From: an uncultured virus (IMG/VR IMGVR_UViG_3300002349_000003)
Lineage: Duplodnaviria > Heunggongvirae > Uroviricota > Caudoviricetes
Direction: 5' to 3' (one strand)
DNA: 64,000 nucleotides
Virus record (IMG/VR): IMGVR_UViG_3300002349_000003
Under the pieces are notes generated by a model. The model worked only from the letters and a program-made list of their open reading frames with translations, did no database searches and was not told where the DNA came from. The translations under genes and the position numbers were made by a program. This document shows, piece by piece, positions 10,037 to 19,290 of the stretch; position 1 is the stretch's first letter; every line of letters begins with the position of its first letter.

Positions 10037-10154
10037 GGCATCATCGGAATTACTGTAAAATTCCTTAGCCTATCGGGAATTAAATAAGATAGGAGTGCAC
10101 CGAACCAGCTTGTGCACAATGAGTGGACTGGTGACAGCTTGGAAAGACAAGCAC
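10037..10154 (+). ncRNA. Unidentified structured RNA within the tRNA array
   Basis: Four hairpins (GGAATT/AATTCC, CCTATC/GATAGG, GTGCAC/GTGCAC, GCTTG/CAAGC) and a possible ACCAG/CTGGT pseudoknot; no ORF. Confidence 0.6.
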
Positions 10155-10164
10155 ATTATAATTT

Positions 10165-10239
10165 CTCCATGTAGCATAATGGTAGTGTGTGGGTCCGCAA
10201 AACCTTAAGGTATCGGTTCAAATCCGGTCATGGAGTCCA
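10165..10239 (+). tRNA. tRNA-Cys(GCA)
   Basis: CTCCATG/CATGGAG acceptor, U discriminator, CCA; atypical C at position 33. Confidence 0.8.
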
Positions 10240-10260
10240 ATTGCATAAATACGAAATAAT

Positions 10261-10344
10261 GGAGGTCGAGCGGCATAGGTGACTGCGGCGGACTGTAAAT
10301 CCGTGCCCAAAGGGCACCTGGTTCGAATCCAGGGATCTCCACCA
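10261..10344 (+). tRNA. tRNA-Tyr(GTA)
   Basis: CTGTAAA loop, long variable arm, GGTTCGAATCC, ACCA end. Confidence 0.9.
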
Positions 10345-10364
10345 ATTACAAAGACTTATTAGGT

Positions 10365-10438
10365 GTGACTATGACGGAATTGGTAGACGTCCTCGATTGT
10401 GATTCGAGATTTTGTGGGTTCAAGTCCCACTAGTCACC
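10365..10438 (+). tRNA. tRNA-His(GTG)
   Basis: GTGACTA/TAGTCAC acceptor, TTGTGAT loop; no encoded G-1 or complete CCA. Confidence 0.85.
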
Positions 10439-10455
10439 CCTAATAAGTTTTAAAT

Positions 10456-10530
10456 GCCCTATTAGTATAATGGTTATTACAATTGACTTGTAATCTTTAG
10501 ATTTCGGTTCGATTCCGGAATGGGGCTCCA
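10456..10530 (+). tRNA. tRNA-Thr(TGT)
   Basis: GCCCTAT/ATGGGGC acceptor, CTTGTAA loop, CCA; two mismatches in anticodon stem. Confidence 0.75.
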
Positions 10531-10588
10531 AATGTAGAAATGGTGCTAGGCGTGGCCCACGTTAAAAACAGAATACGCCCTTTATATT

Positions 10589-10662
10589 GCGGGATTAGTT
10601 TAATGATAGAACAGCAGATTTCCAATCTCCTAGTAAGGGTTTGATTCCCTTATCCCGCTCCA
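10589..10662 (+). tRNA. tRNA-Gly(TCC)
   Basis: GCGGGAT/ATCCCGC acceptor, TTTCCAA loop, TCCA; D loop lacks GG and T loop reads TTTGATT. Confidence 0.8.
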
Positions 10663-10689
10663 ATCACTCTCCTAAGGTGACAACACTAT

Positions 10690-10717
10690 AGCTCAATTAA
10701 ATATTGAGCTTTTTTTT
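10690..10717 (+). terminator. Intrinsic terminator ending the tRNA array
   Basis: AGCTCAAT/ATTGAGCT stem plus T run. Confidence 0.8.
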
Positions 10718-10776
10718 GTGTACAATCTGGAAAATTAGTGTATAATGGTACCATACTAACTTAAATGGGAATTATA

Positions 10777-11172
10777 ATGAATAAGAAATTATCAAAAGAA
10801 GCCAAATTGAAACATGATTGGATGGACTTTAATAAACAATACAGAGGCCAACCAAAATTGAAAATGACGTTTGACGAATATACTAATTGGATTTTTGGTA
10901 AAACGCCTAAACCTAAAGCATCTAACAAAGCAATAATAGTTGGAAGACCTTGTTGGGCAACTAAAGATAATATACCATCATTGATAGGAAATTCTAAAGC
11001 TAGTCTAGGTAAAAATTCAATGGTAGAAAAAGTAACACAAGGAAAAATTACGGGCGATGCTGCAGAAAAAATTATTCGTAATTCCAAAAGAATAGGAATA
11101 GCATATAATAAGGGTAGTTATCAGTATATCACTGATGAAACAGATGCTAAAACTATTGGAAAAAAGATTTAA
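10777..11172 (+). CDS. Basic hypothetical protein
   Basis: ORF behind early promoter; C-terminal IAYNKGSYQYI motif resembles ones in T4-like phages. Confidence 0.6.
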   Translation: MNKKLSKEAKLKHDWMDFNKQYRGQPKLKMTFDEYTNWIFGKTPKPKASNKAIIVGRPCWATKDNIPSLIGNSKASLGKNSMVEKVTQGKITGDAAEKIIRNSKRIGIAYNKGSYQYITDETDAKTIGKKI

Positions 11173-11180
11173 GGACATAT

Positions 11181-11471
11181 ATGTTGTGCATTTCAGATCA
11201 AATAGTTTCAATGGTTACACTCTTCTTCTCATCGTTTTTCATAATAATGTTATTAGGAGTTCAATCACAATTAGTCAAAAATAAGGAAGTACTGCCGTCA
11301 TTCTGTACAGCATTAATGGTAGGTTCTTTACAATTATTCTTATACAAAGCAACACCAAATGCTGGACTAGCAGAATCTGCATGTTATATCATTGGAGGTG
11401 CTTTAGGATTAGTTTCATCAATCTATGTTCATAATCTATGGCTAAAAATAACCGGACAAACTGAAAAATAA
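11181..11471 (+). CDS. Small membrane protein
   Basis: Three hydrophobic segments. Confidence 0.6.
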   Translation: MLCISDQIVSMVTLFFSSFFIIMLLGVQSQLVKNKEVLPSFCTALMVGSLQLFLYKATPNAGLAESACYIIGGALGLVSSIYVHNLWLKITGQTEK

Positions 11472-11539
11472 AGTGTACATATTCACGGAACATGTATATA
11501 ATAGACTCATACTAAATAAACTTGAAGAGGAACTACATC

Positions 11540-11917
11540 ATGGCTACATATTATAAAGACGAAATATATGTCGGAAAATTTTCATACCCAAATGGCAAAC
11601 AATCGCACATAATTCTTGCTTGTAAAGAAACTGAATATTCTGAAACTTGGAAAACTTGCATTGATAGACCATTGATACTAACAGGAACATTAGATGAAGA
11701 ACGTCATTATGACTATCGTTTACCAACTATTGAAGAATGGGATTTCATTTTTGACACTCTTCCAGAAGAAGAATTTTCATTAGGAGCTCATTGGTCGAGT
11801 ACTAAATACCTATATGACCAAATATGGGGAAGATCTACAATGGGAATTAGTTATGGACCAATGACAGAACTCCACATTTGTAGAAAAATTCGTACTGTTG
11901 ATTTAGGAGCTGAATAA
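11540..11917 (+). CDS. Hypothetical protein (DUF1566-like RLPT.EE motif)
   Basis: YRLPTIEEW...HWSST; GAGG SD before ATG 11540. Confidence 0.5.
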   Translation: MATYYKDEIYVGKFSYPNGKQSHIILACKETEYSETWKTCIDRPLILTGTLDEERHYDYRLPTIEEWDFIFDTLPEEEFSLGAHWSSTKYLYDQIWGRSTMGISYGPMTELHICRKIRTVDLGAE

Positions 11918-12363
11918 TGAGAATTGAAGACTTTCCAGAAATTATTGAAGTTCAGGATTATTTTAGTGGTAATTATTTTACTGAACATAAAAATATTTTG
12001 TCCAATACTACTTATCGTGAACTTGAACCTAAAAGTGGTTACACCTTAACCATTAAGAACAATAATGATTATGAAGAACTAGTAAAAGAATCTAATTTAT
12101 TTCAATTCTATCATGCAAACGAATATCTTGGAGCTTGGTCATATTATAAAGCACAATTGCCAATTTATATTGAAGGCAACTTTACCGATGTTCTATATGA
12201 AGATAAGATAAAATTCGAACAGGAATATGGCATCAAATTAGTAACTGGAGTTGTTGATCGATTCTATAGTGGAAATTATTGCAATGCTGGTAATGTGCAA
12301 TTTCCATATCGCCTTTACATTTATGAAGATTATGAATTAGGAGACTACAAAAATGATTACTAA
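11917..12363 (+). CDS. Hypothetical protein
   Basis: Translationally coupled ORF. Confidence 0.55.
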   Translation: MRIEDFPEIIEVQDYFSGNYFTEHKNILSNTTYRELEPKSGYTLTIKNNNDYEELVKESNLFQFYHANEYLGAWSYYKAQLPIYIEGNFTDVLYEDKIKFEQEYGIKLVTGVVDRFYSGNYCNAGNVQFPYRLYIYEDYELGDYKNDY

Positions 12364-12627
12364 TACTACGATGATTGCTGCCATTATTATCTTTACAATT
12401 ATCATTATGGAATTTTACGATGACAACTTCCGTTGAGATTTACCCATATTGGGCTCGATATATAGCAAAGGATGCTGATGGACAATGGAACTGTTTTGAA
12501 TATTCACCAACATATGATGGTATAAAATGGACTTCGCCATATAAGACAAAACGGATGAAAATTAAGAATGTTAACACCGTGGACCCGGAAAAATCTTATA
12601 CGGTTCTACCTCAACGAGGAAGATGAT

Positions 12628-13032
12628 ATGAGTTTAGCGTTTTCAGATGACTATGACAGAGGAGCAAGAATGACTCAATTTGAATATGATCAGAAATATG
12701 TTTCAAAATTAAATGATGTAAAAGCATCGCAAACAGCTACTACTGGTGGAAGAAAATTTGATGGTGGTAAACCAGAGTTTGGTCTTATTCCACCATTAGC
12801 ACTTACTGAAACTGCCAGAGTAATGACTTATGGTGCTCATAAATATGAACCTGATAACTGGATTCATGTACCAGATGCTAAACGCAGATATTTTAATGCT
12901 GCTCAAAGACACCAATGGGAATATCGTGAAGGTGAGGAATTAGATTCCGAATCTCAACTTCATCATATTGCTCATGCTATCTGCAATTTAATGTTCCTTT
13001 ATGAACATGTAGTAAAATATTCAAAGGAATAA
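12628..13032 (+). CDS. dATP/dGTP diphosphohydrolase-like domain protein (DUF5664-like)
   Basis: GRKFDGGKP, VMTYGAHKY..DNW, DSESQLHHIAHAICNLMFL. Confidence 0.8.
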   Translation: MSLAFSDDYDRGARMTQFEYDQKYVSKLNDVKASQTATTGGRKFDGGKPEFGLIPPLALTETARVMTYGAHKYEPDNWIHVPDAKRRYFNAAQRHQWEYREGEELDSESQLHHIAHAICNLMFLYEHVVKYSKE

Positions 13033-13089
13033 TGTTTAAAATTTAAGCAAACTGTGATATAATATCATTTTATTAATTATGGAGTTATT

Positions 13090-13752
13090 ATGAAACTTAG
13101 CAAAGACACGTTATCTGTATTAAAAAACTATAGTAGTATTAATCAAAATATTTTATTTTCTCCTGGAAATATTCTAAAAACCAGAACAATCCAAAACACT
13201 CTATTATCAACAGCAACAGTATCTGACACATTCCCTATTGAATTTGGCATTTACGATCTATCAGAGTTCCTTAGTGTATTATCATTATTTCAAAATCCTG
13301 AATTAGAATTTAATGAAAAATATGTTAAAATCTTTGAAGAAAATAATTCCATAAAATATTATGCTGCTGATGAATCGGTTCTTGAAGTTCCAAAAAAGGA
13401 CATCAATTTTCCAGAAGCAGAGATTCAGTTGTTACTCACTGCTGAAAATTTATCACTTATCAGTAAAACTGCATCAGTATTAAAAGCGTCTGATGTGTCA
13501 TTTGTTGGTCAAGATGGTCAAGTCAAAATTGTAGTTGCTGATAAGAAAAATGACACTTCAAATTCTTTTGAATTGGAACTTGGTAATACAGACTTAGAAT
13601 TCAAAGTTAATGTTAAAGTTGACATGCTAAAATTTATCCCAGGAGAATATCAAGTTTCTATTTCTTCTAAAAGAGTATCAAGATTCTCTTCAACAACATC
13701 TGATTTAGTCTATTATGTCGGTATCGAGGCAGATTCTACTTTTAATATCTAA
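13090..13752 (+). CDS. gp45: Sliding clamp
   Basis: MKLSKDTLSVLKNYSSIN, FGIYDLSEFL. Confidence 0.95.
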   Translation: MKLSKDTLSVLKNYSSINQNILFSPGNILKTRTIQNTLLSTATVSDTFPIEFGIYDLSEFLSVLSLFQNPELEFNEKYVKIFEENNSIKYYAADESVLEVPKKDINFPEAEIQLLLTAENLSLISKTASVLKASDVSFVGQDGQVKIVVADKKNDTSNSFELELGNTDLEFKVNVKVDMLKFIPGEYQVSISSKRVSRFSSTTSDLVYYVGIEADSTFNI

Positions 13753-13767
13753 TAGGAACTTTATATA

Positions 13768-14718
13768 ATGAACACTATTGACAATCAATTCTTATGGGTA
13801 GAAAAATACCGTCCTCAAAATATAGAAGACTGCATTCTTCCTGAATCTCTCAAAACAACATTTAAAGAATTTGTAAGCAAATCACAACTTCCAAATTTTC
13901 TTTTATCAGGAACTGCTGGCGTTGGTAAAACAACAATAGCAAAAGCTCTATGTAATGAAATTGGTGCTGAATATATTGTCATTAATGGATCAGATGAAGG
14001 AAGATCCATTGAAGTATTAAGAGGTACTATTCGAAGTTTTGCTTCAACTGTATCTCTTACTGATTCTAAAAAGGTAATCATTATTGATGAAGCTGATTAT
14101 ATGAATCCCAATTCTGTCCAACCGGCTTTGCGTTCATTTATGGAAGAATTCTCTGCTAATTGCAGATTCATATTCACTTGTAATTTCAAAGATAGAATTA
14201 TTGAACCACTTCACAGCAGATGCACATGCATTGAGTTTAAAATTTCTAATAAAGATAAACAATTAATAGCTGCATTATTCTTTAAAAGAGTAACACAAAT
14301 CTTAAAATCAGAAAATGTTGAATTTGATGCTAAGGTTGTATCTGAATTGGTCATCAAACACTTTCCAGATTATAGAAGAATATTGAATGAACTTCAAAGG
14401 TATTCTGTATCAGGTAAAATTGACGTTGGATTATTAGTGAATCTTTCTGATGATAATTTTTCTAATCTTGTTAAATTATTAAAAGAAAAGAACTTCACTG
14501 AGGTTCGTAAATGGGTAAGCAGTAATACTGACTCGGAACCTAGTGAAATTTATAGAAAACTATATGACAAAGCAATTGACTATTTGGAACAACCTAGCAT
14601 TCCTGAAATTGTTCTAATTCTTGGCGAATGGGGATATCGTAATGCATTTGCCATTGACCGTGAAATTAACACAATGGCATGTTTGACTGAAATTATGGCA
14701 ACCTGTAGGTTTAAATAG
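13768..14718 (+). CDS. gp44: Clamp loader large subunit
   Basis: LWVEKYRP, GVGKTT, IIDEAD, HSRC. Confidence 0.96.
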   Translation: MNTIDNQFLWVEKYRPQNIEDCILPESLKTTFKEFVSKSQLPNFLLSGTAGVGKTTIAKALCNEIGAEYIVINGSDEGRSIEVLRGTIRSFASTVSLTDSKKVIIIDEADYMNPNSVQPALRSFMEEFSANCRFIFTCNFKDRIIEPLHSRCTCIEFKISNKDKQLIAALFFKRVTQILKSENVEFDAKVVSELVIKHFPDYRRILNELQRYSVSGKIDVGLLVNLSDDNFSNLVKLLKEKNFTEVRKWVSSNTDSEPSEIYRKLYDKAIDYLEQPSIPEIVLILGEWGYRNAFAIDREINTMACLTEIMATCRFK

Positions 14719-14726
14719 GATATATT

Positions 14727-15110
14727 ATGACTAAGCCATTTGAATTTGTTAATGCTATAAATTATACTAAGGAATACTTGTTTAATGACCCACAATCTGA
14801 AAAGGATTACAATTCATTTTTGGTAAATAGAAGTCTGTCATACTTTGTTGATACTATCATGTTTGCTTCAGAAATGAATAGGTATCCTCAATTGACAAAC
14901 AAACAACAATTCGACTATTATATAAATATCATTGCAAGGAAAAAGCGTTTCTCGAAGTGGGCTGAAAAGGAATCAAAATCTGATAACTTAGATGCGGTCT
15001 GTTCATATTATGGATATTCTAAACAGAGAGGTAAAGATGTTTTGGATATGCTAAGCAGTGAACAGATCAAGTTCATAAAAGAGAAACAATATACAGGTGG
15101 TCGAAAATGA
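14727..15110 (+). CDS. gp62: Clamp loader small subunit
   Basis: FLVNRSLSYF.DT, RKKRFSKW; synteny. Confidence 0.92.
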   Translation: MTKPFEFVNAINYTKEYLFNDPQSEKDYNSFLVNRSLSYFVDTIMFASEMNRYPQLTNKQQFDYYINIIARKKRFSKWAEKESKSDNLDAVCSYYGYSKQRGKDVLDMLSSEQIKFIKEKQYTGGRK

Positions 15111-15523
15111 TTGAAAACTATGACAACTTGACCGATAATATGTTAGAGATTGCCATACCTGAGCCAGACAGTTTTTTAAAAATAAAAGAAACTCTGTCAC
15201 GTATTGGGGTTGCTTCAAAAAAGGACAATATATTATATCAGTCATGCCACATACTACACAAACAAGGAAGATATTATTTAGTTCATTTCAAAGAATTATT
15301 TGCTCTTGACGGAAAGGAATCTAATATTTCTCAAGATGATATCGAAAGAAGAAATGCAATTGCTATATTATTACAAGATTGGAATCTGTTAAAAGTTATT
15401 GATGCTAATAAAGTTATTAAGAGAGCTTCATTATCGTCTATTAAAATTTTAACATACCAAGAAAAATCAGAATGGACATTAACCCCGAAATATAATATTG
15501 GTGTTAGAAAACAATCCAAATAA
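15107..15523 (+). CDS. regA: Translational repressor RegA
   Basis: FLKIKETLSRIG, LYQSCHILHKQG.YY.VHFKELF. Confidence 0.96.
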   Translation: MIENYDNLTDNMLEIAIPEPDSFLKIKETLSRIGVASKKDNILYQSCHILHKQGRYYLVHFKELFALDGKESNISQDDIERRNAIAILLQDWNLLKVIDANKVIKRASLSSIKILTYQEKSEWTLTPKYNIGVRKQSK

Positions 15524-15583
15524 TGTTTACAATTCGTTATTTGTATGATATAATTATTTTTTATTAACAAACTGGAATATAAT

Positions 15584-15772
15584 ATGACACAACCTTTAGA
15601 TGAAAATACTACAGAATTGAACATCGTCTTAACAATCACTGATGTAAATAAATTACTAGCAATTCTAGGCAAATATCCATTCGATGAAATTAATGCGTTA
15701 ATTGGTAAAATTTATGCTCAAGGCGAGGCACAGATTAAAGAACTATTGCCGACAGAAGAGCCAACAGAATAA
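15584..15772 (+). CDS. Small hypothetical protein
   Basis: ORF behind early promoter with SD. Confidence 0.6.
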   Translation: MTQPLDENTTELNIVLTITDVNKLLAILGKYPFDEINALIGKIYAQGEAQIKELLPTEEPTE

Positions 15773-15867
15773 GTTGTTTGTTCTGATGGGGAACATTAAA
15801 ACTCATCAAAAACAAATCACGTCTTCGGAGTGATTATTACTAAAATCTCGCTGAAAAGGAGAACATT

Positions 15868-16320
15868 ATGTTAGCAAATCAATTAGTTCAATTCGATAAA
15901 GAACTCTTAAAATTCTTTGTAGGATTTGATACACATTCAGAAGCAATTAGAAAAGCCACTGAAAATCTTAAAAATCAGAAGTCTTATCCTCCGTATAATA
16001 TTAAAACGGTTGGTGATAATTCTTACATAATTGAGATTGCTGTTGCTGGTTTTAGCCGTAATGATATTGATGTGGAACTTTATAACAGAACACTGACTGT
16101 GACTGGTAAATCCGCGGAACCAGATGATAGTGTTTACTTGTATAAAGGATTGGCATCAAGAGCATTTACTAGAACTTTTACAATTGCTGAAAATGTGGTA
16201 GTATCTGAAATTAAGTTAAACGATGGTATGTTGCGTATCTTTCTTGACCATATCATCCCAGAGGAACTTCGTCCTCGTAAACTTGAAATCAATACTTCCA
16301 ATAATTTGTTGTTAGGTTAA
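15868..16320 (+). CDS. Small heat-shock protein (Hsp20/IbpA family)
   Basis: YPPYNI, IEIAVAGF, YLYKGLASRAFTRTF, DGML. Confidence 0.95.
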   Translation: MLANQLVQFDKELLKFFVGFDTHSEAIRKATENLKNQKSYPPYNIKTVGDNSYIIEIAVAGFSRNDIDVELYNRTLTVTGKSAEPDDSVYLYKGLASRAFTRTFTIAENVVVSEIKLNDGMLRIFLDHIIPEELRPRKLEINTSNNLLLG

Positions 16321-16326
16321 ATTTTA

Positions 16327-16355
16327 TAGGGGGAATAGTTATCCCCCTTCTTTTT
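16327..16355 (+). terminator. Intrinsic terminator after hsp20
   Basis: GGGGA/TCCCC stem plus T run. Confidence 0.7.
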
Positions 16356-16370
16356 CTTTATGGATATATT

Positions 16371-16676
16371 ATGACACAAACAATACTCGCATTTCGTTTA
16401 TTATCAGGCGATGAAGTTATTTCTATCATTGCTTCAGAAACTGATACAACTTACGAACTAGAAAACCCCGCTCAAATTGCAACTCAAATGACAGAATCTG
16501 GCAAGATTGGTCTTATGATTGCCGCTTTCCAACCTTATGCAGAATCAAATATCACTCTTAATAAACATGCTATTGCTTCTATTTGTATTCCTGCCCAAGG
16601 TCTTGCTGATGAATATAAATCAAAGTTTGAAGAGTCTCTAATCATCACTCCTCCTAATCAAAAAATTATCGTTTAG
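16371..16676 (+). CDS. Conserved T4-like hypothetical protein (Sm-like fold)
   Basis: RLLSGDEVI...LENP motif typical of the gene following hsp20. Confidence 0.6.
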   Translation: MTQTILAFRLLSGDEVISIIASETDTTYELENPAQIATQMTESGKIGLMIAAFQPYAESNITLNKHAIASICIPAQGLADEYKSKFEESLIITPPNQKIIV

Positions 16677-16690
16677 ATTGGAGAAATAGA

Positions 16691-17251
16691 ATGCTAGTAT
16701 TGGATATTGAAACTCTTGATATTGAATCAACTGCCGTAGTATTATCAGCATCAATGGTATACTTTGACGAAAATGATACTTGGTCAAGTTTATTGAAAAA
16801 GGCAGTATTTGTAAAATTTGATGCAAAAGAACAAGTTCAAAAATATAAAAGAACTATATCTAAAGACACTCTGTCATGGTGGAATACTCAATCTGATGCA
16901 GCAAGAGAAGTATCATTTAAACCAAAGCCTGATGATCTTACTGTAGAACAAGGAATTTCTTTATTAAGAGAATACTTAAGTAATGATACTAATCCTACTA
17001 AGATTATTTGGGTAAGAGGAAGTCTTGATCAAATGGTAATTGATAGTTTATGCCGATCTGCAAAATTAGAACCATTAGCAAGATATAACCATTACAGAGA
17101 CATTAGGACTGGAATTGATATACTATCAGAATCTTCTGTAAACGGATACTGCAAAGTCAATTGCGAAGACTTTAACATTGACTGGGTAGATAAACATAAT
17201 CCAATACACGACATTGCTTACGACGCATTGCAACTGCTTCACCCAAACTAA
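16691..17251 (+). CDS. dexA: DEDDh 3'-5' exonuclease (DexA-like)
   Basis: LDIETL, WVRG..D, RDIRT, HNPIHD...D. Confidence 0.85.
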   Translation: MLVLDIETLDIESTAVVLSASMVYFDENDTWSSLLKKAVFVKFDAKEQVQKYKRTISKDTLSWWNTQSDAAREVSFKPKPDDLTVEQGISLLREYLSNDTNPTKIIWVRGSLDQMVIDSLCRSAKLEPLARYNHYRDIRTGIDILSESSVNGYCKVNCEDFNIDWVDKHNPIHDIAYDALQLLHPN

Positions 17252-17308
17252 TATGTACACAGAGGGCTATTAATGATATAATAGCCCTTTTTATATCATG
17301 AGGAAAAA

Positions 17309-18295
17309 ATGATGATTAACGAATTTTATACAAATGCAATCCAATATGGTAATAAAATACTTGTCAGATCTATTAGAGATGGATTGCCACAAAAGCAGAA
17401 AATCGATTTTTACCCTACCTTATATACCACATCAGGAAAATCTTCAGAATCTTCTTCATTCAAGTCTTTACATGGAGTAGAATTATACGAAATAAAACCG
17501 GGTACCATAAATGATTGCAAAGATTTCATAAAAACTTACGAAAATGCGATGCCTGTGTATGGACAAACAAACTATGCATATCAATATATTGAAGAAAATT
17601 ACAAAACCGATATAAAGTTTGATTCTGACTTATTAAAAATCATTGCTATCGATATAGAAACTGCAAATGAAGAATCTGGTTTTCCTCATCCAAAATACGC
17701 TAATGAAGAAATTCTACTAATTACTGTCAGAGATCTTAAAACTAAATCTACAAAAATATTTGGATCTAGACCTTATGAAGGAAAACATAAAGCAGATTTT
17801 GTCCTTTGTAAAGACGAAAATCAATTACTTCAGCAATTTGTGACTCATTGGCAACAAAGAATCCCTGACATTATTACGGGTTGGAATATTGACAACTTTG
17901 ATATTCCGTACATTATTAATAGACTACTAAGAACTATAGGAGAAGATTATGTTAAAAAACTTTCTCCATGGAATATAGTCAATGAACGTTCTAAAAAGGT
18001 TAATAACGTAGAACAACAGACTTATGAAATACTCGGTGTGTCATCTTTAGACTATATTGAACTCTATAAGAAATATTCTAAAAAAAACCAGGAGTCATAC
18101 AGACTAGACCATATAGCATTTGTAGAACTTGGTGAAAGAAAACTGGATCATAGCCAATGGAATACTTTCAAGGAATTTTACTCTGGTGAATATGACACTC
18201 ATAAAATTAGGCCAGAGTATGAAAATTCGGATACAAAGTCTTATAGAAGAACACAGATAAAATTAGAGTTAATTAGACGCGGACTAACAGTTTAA
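17309..18295 (+). CDS. gp43: Family B DNA polymerase, N-terminal fragment (N domain, ExoI, ExoII)
   Basis: [24 protein letters not shown]; ends before ExoIII. Confidence 0.92.
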   Translation: MMINEFYTNAIQYGNKILVRSIRDGLPQKQKIDFYPTLYTTSGKSSESSSFKSLHGVELYEIKPGTINDCKDFIKTYENAMPVYGQTNYAYQYIEENYKTDIKFDSDLLKIIAIDIETANEESGFPHPKYANEEILLITVRDLKTKSTKIFGSRPYEGKHKADFVLCKDENQLLQQFVTHWQQRIPDIITGWNIDNFDIPYIINRLLRTIGEDYVKKLSPWNIVNERSKKVNNVEQQTYEILGVSSLDYIELYKKYSKKNQESYRLDHIAFVELGERKLDHSQWNTFKEFYSGEYDTHKIRPEYENSDTKSYRRTQIKLELIRRGLTV

Positions 18296-19133
18296 ATTGT
18301 TTACAGTTTGTGCCATGCCATCTATTATAATTAAGAGGATCAAAACTGCAGTTGCAATATTCACAAAGTATTGATTCTTTCTTTTTCATAGGTGGCAATT
18401 CTATTTCAGATTTGAATACATTTAAAGAACTGTCAAATATTGTCCAAGTTTTAGAAACTAGTCTTGTATTTCCTAGTGTTAAATTATATATTTTCTGTGG
18501 GCTTATTTTTGTTAATTGATGAAATTCTGATATAGTCATATCAAATACATCTTTAGTTATTACATTTTTAAATTTGAAAATGTCTTTTTTAAACCAAGGT
18601 TTACTTTGCTTTGCAATTTTACCAAAATTAATATTTTTACATTCAATAGAACATAATTTCTGGCTAATATTATGTGTAATTATTTCTTTATTACATACGG
18701 AACAATTTATAGTGATATACTTTCTGTTCGATAGCGCTTTCAATGATCTATTCTGTTTAATTATTTCTTTAGTACACGATCTAGAACAACAATTACTGCA
18801 TCCGCTAAATTCTTTATAACAATATTTGCAAATTTTCATTGGCTTAAGTTTTTTAACTCCAGTATTTCCATCTCCGCCATCAGTCTTATTTAGGAGTATA
18901 CCTGTCCCAATGTCTTTTCGCCCATGCCATCTTATCATTCTTCTTTCTATTGCTAATGCTCCAACTTCAGATAAATTCGTTTCTAGGAATATTATCTTTG
19001 TTCTATCCTTTGGCACAGATATTCCTTTATGAATATCATAGGCTCTAGTATTCTTACCTTTTCCAATGTAATATGGTGTTCCGTCTGACTTTCTAATATA
19101 TGCATACACGTAATATATAAGATCGCTGGTCAT
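18273..19133 (-). mobile_element. Free-standing GIY-YIG-like homing endonuclease inserted antisense within gene 43
   Basis: YVYAY...[17 protein letters not shown], several CxxC motifs, C-terminal RWHGTNCK. Confidence 0.85.
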
Positions 19134-19224
19134 GATAGTTCCTTGAATTGTCTTAAGAATGATTAGTGCTACTGGAGCCTAGGAACTCGCGAGTAGCTTT
19201 TTTAGTTTGTACAATCTATTTATA
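19125..19224 (-). promoter_or_regulatory. Late promoter plus structured 5' leader of the endonuclease (copy 1)
   Basis: TATAAATA at 19224-19217; hairpin 19197-19168; homologous copy at 62501-62598 with compensatory changes. Confidence 0.8.
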
Positions 19225-19290
19225 ATATCAATAGATGTTTACTTTTTGTTGTTATTGTGATATTATATACATTTATTATAGGAGAACATT

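Noticed and set aside
10531..10588. preQ1-riboswitch-like look of CGTGG..CCCACGTTAAAAAC
   Set aside because: The stem would have a 1-nt loop lacking the ligand-binding residues, and it precedes a tRNA rather than a CDS.
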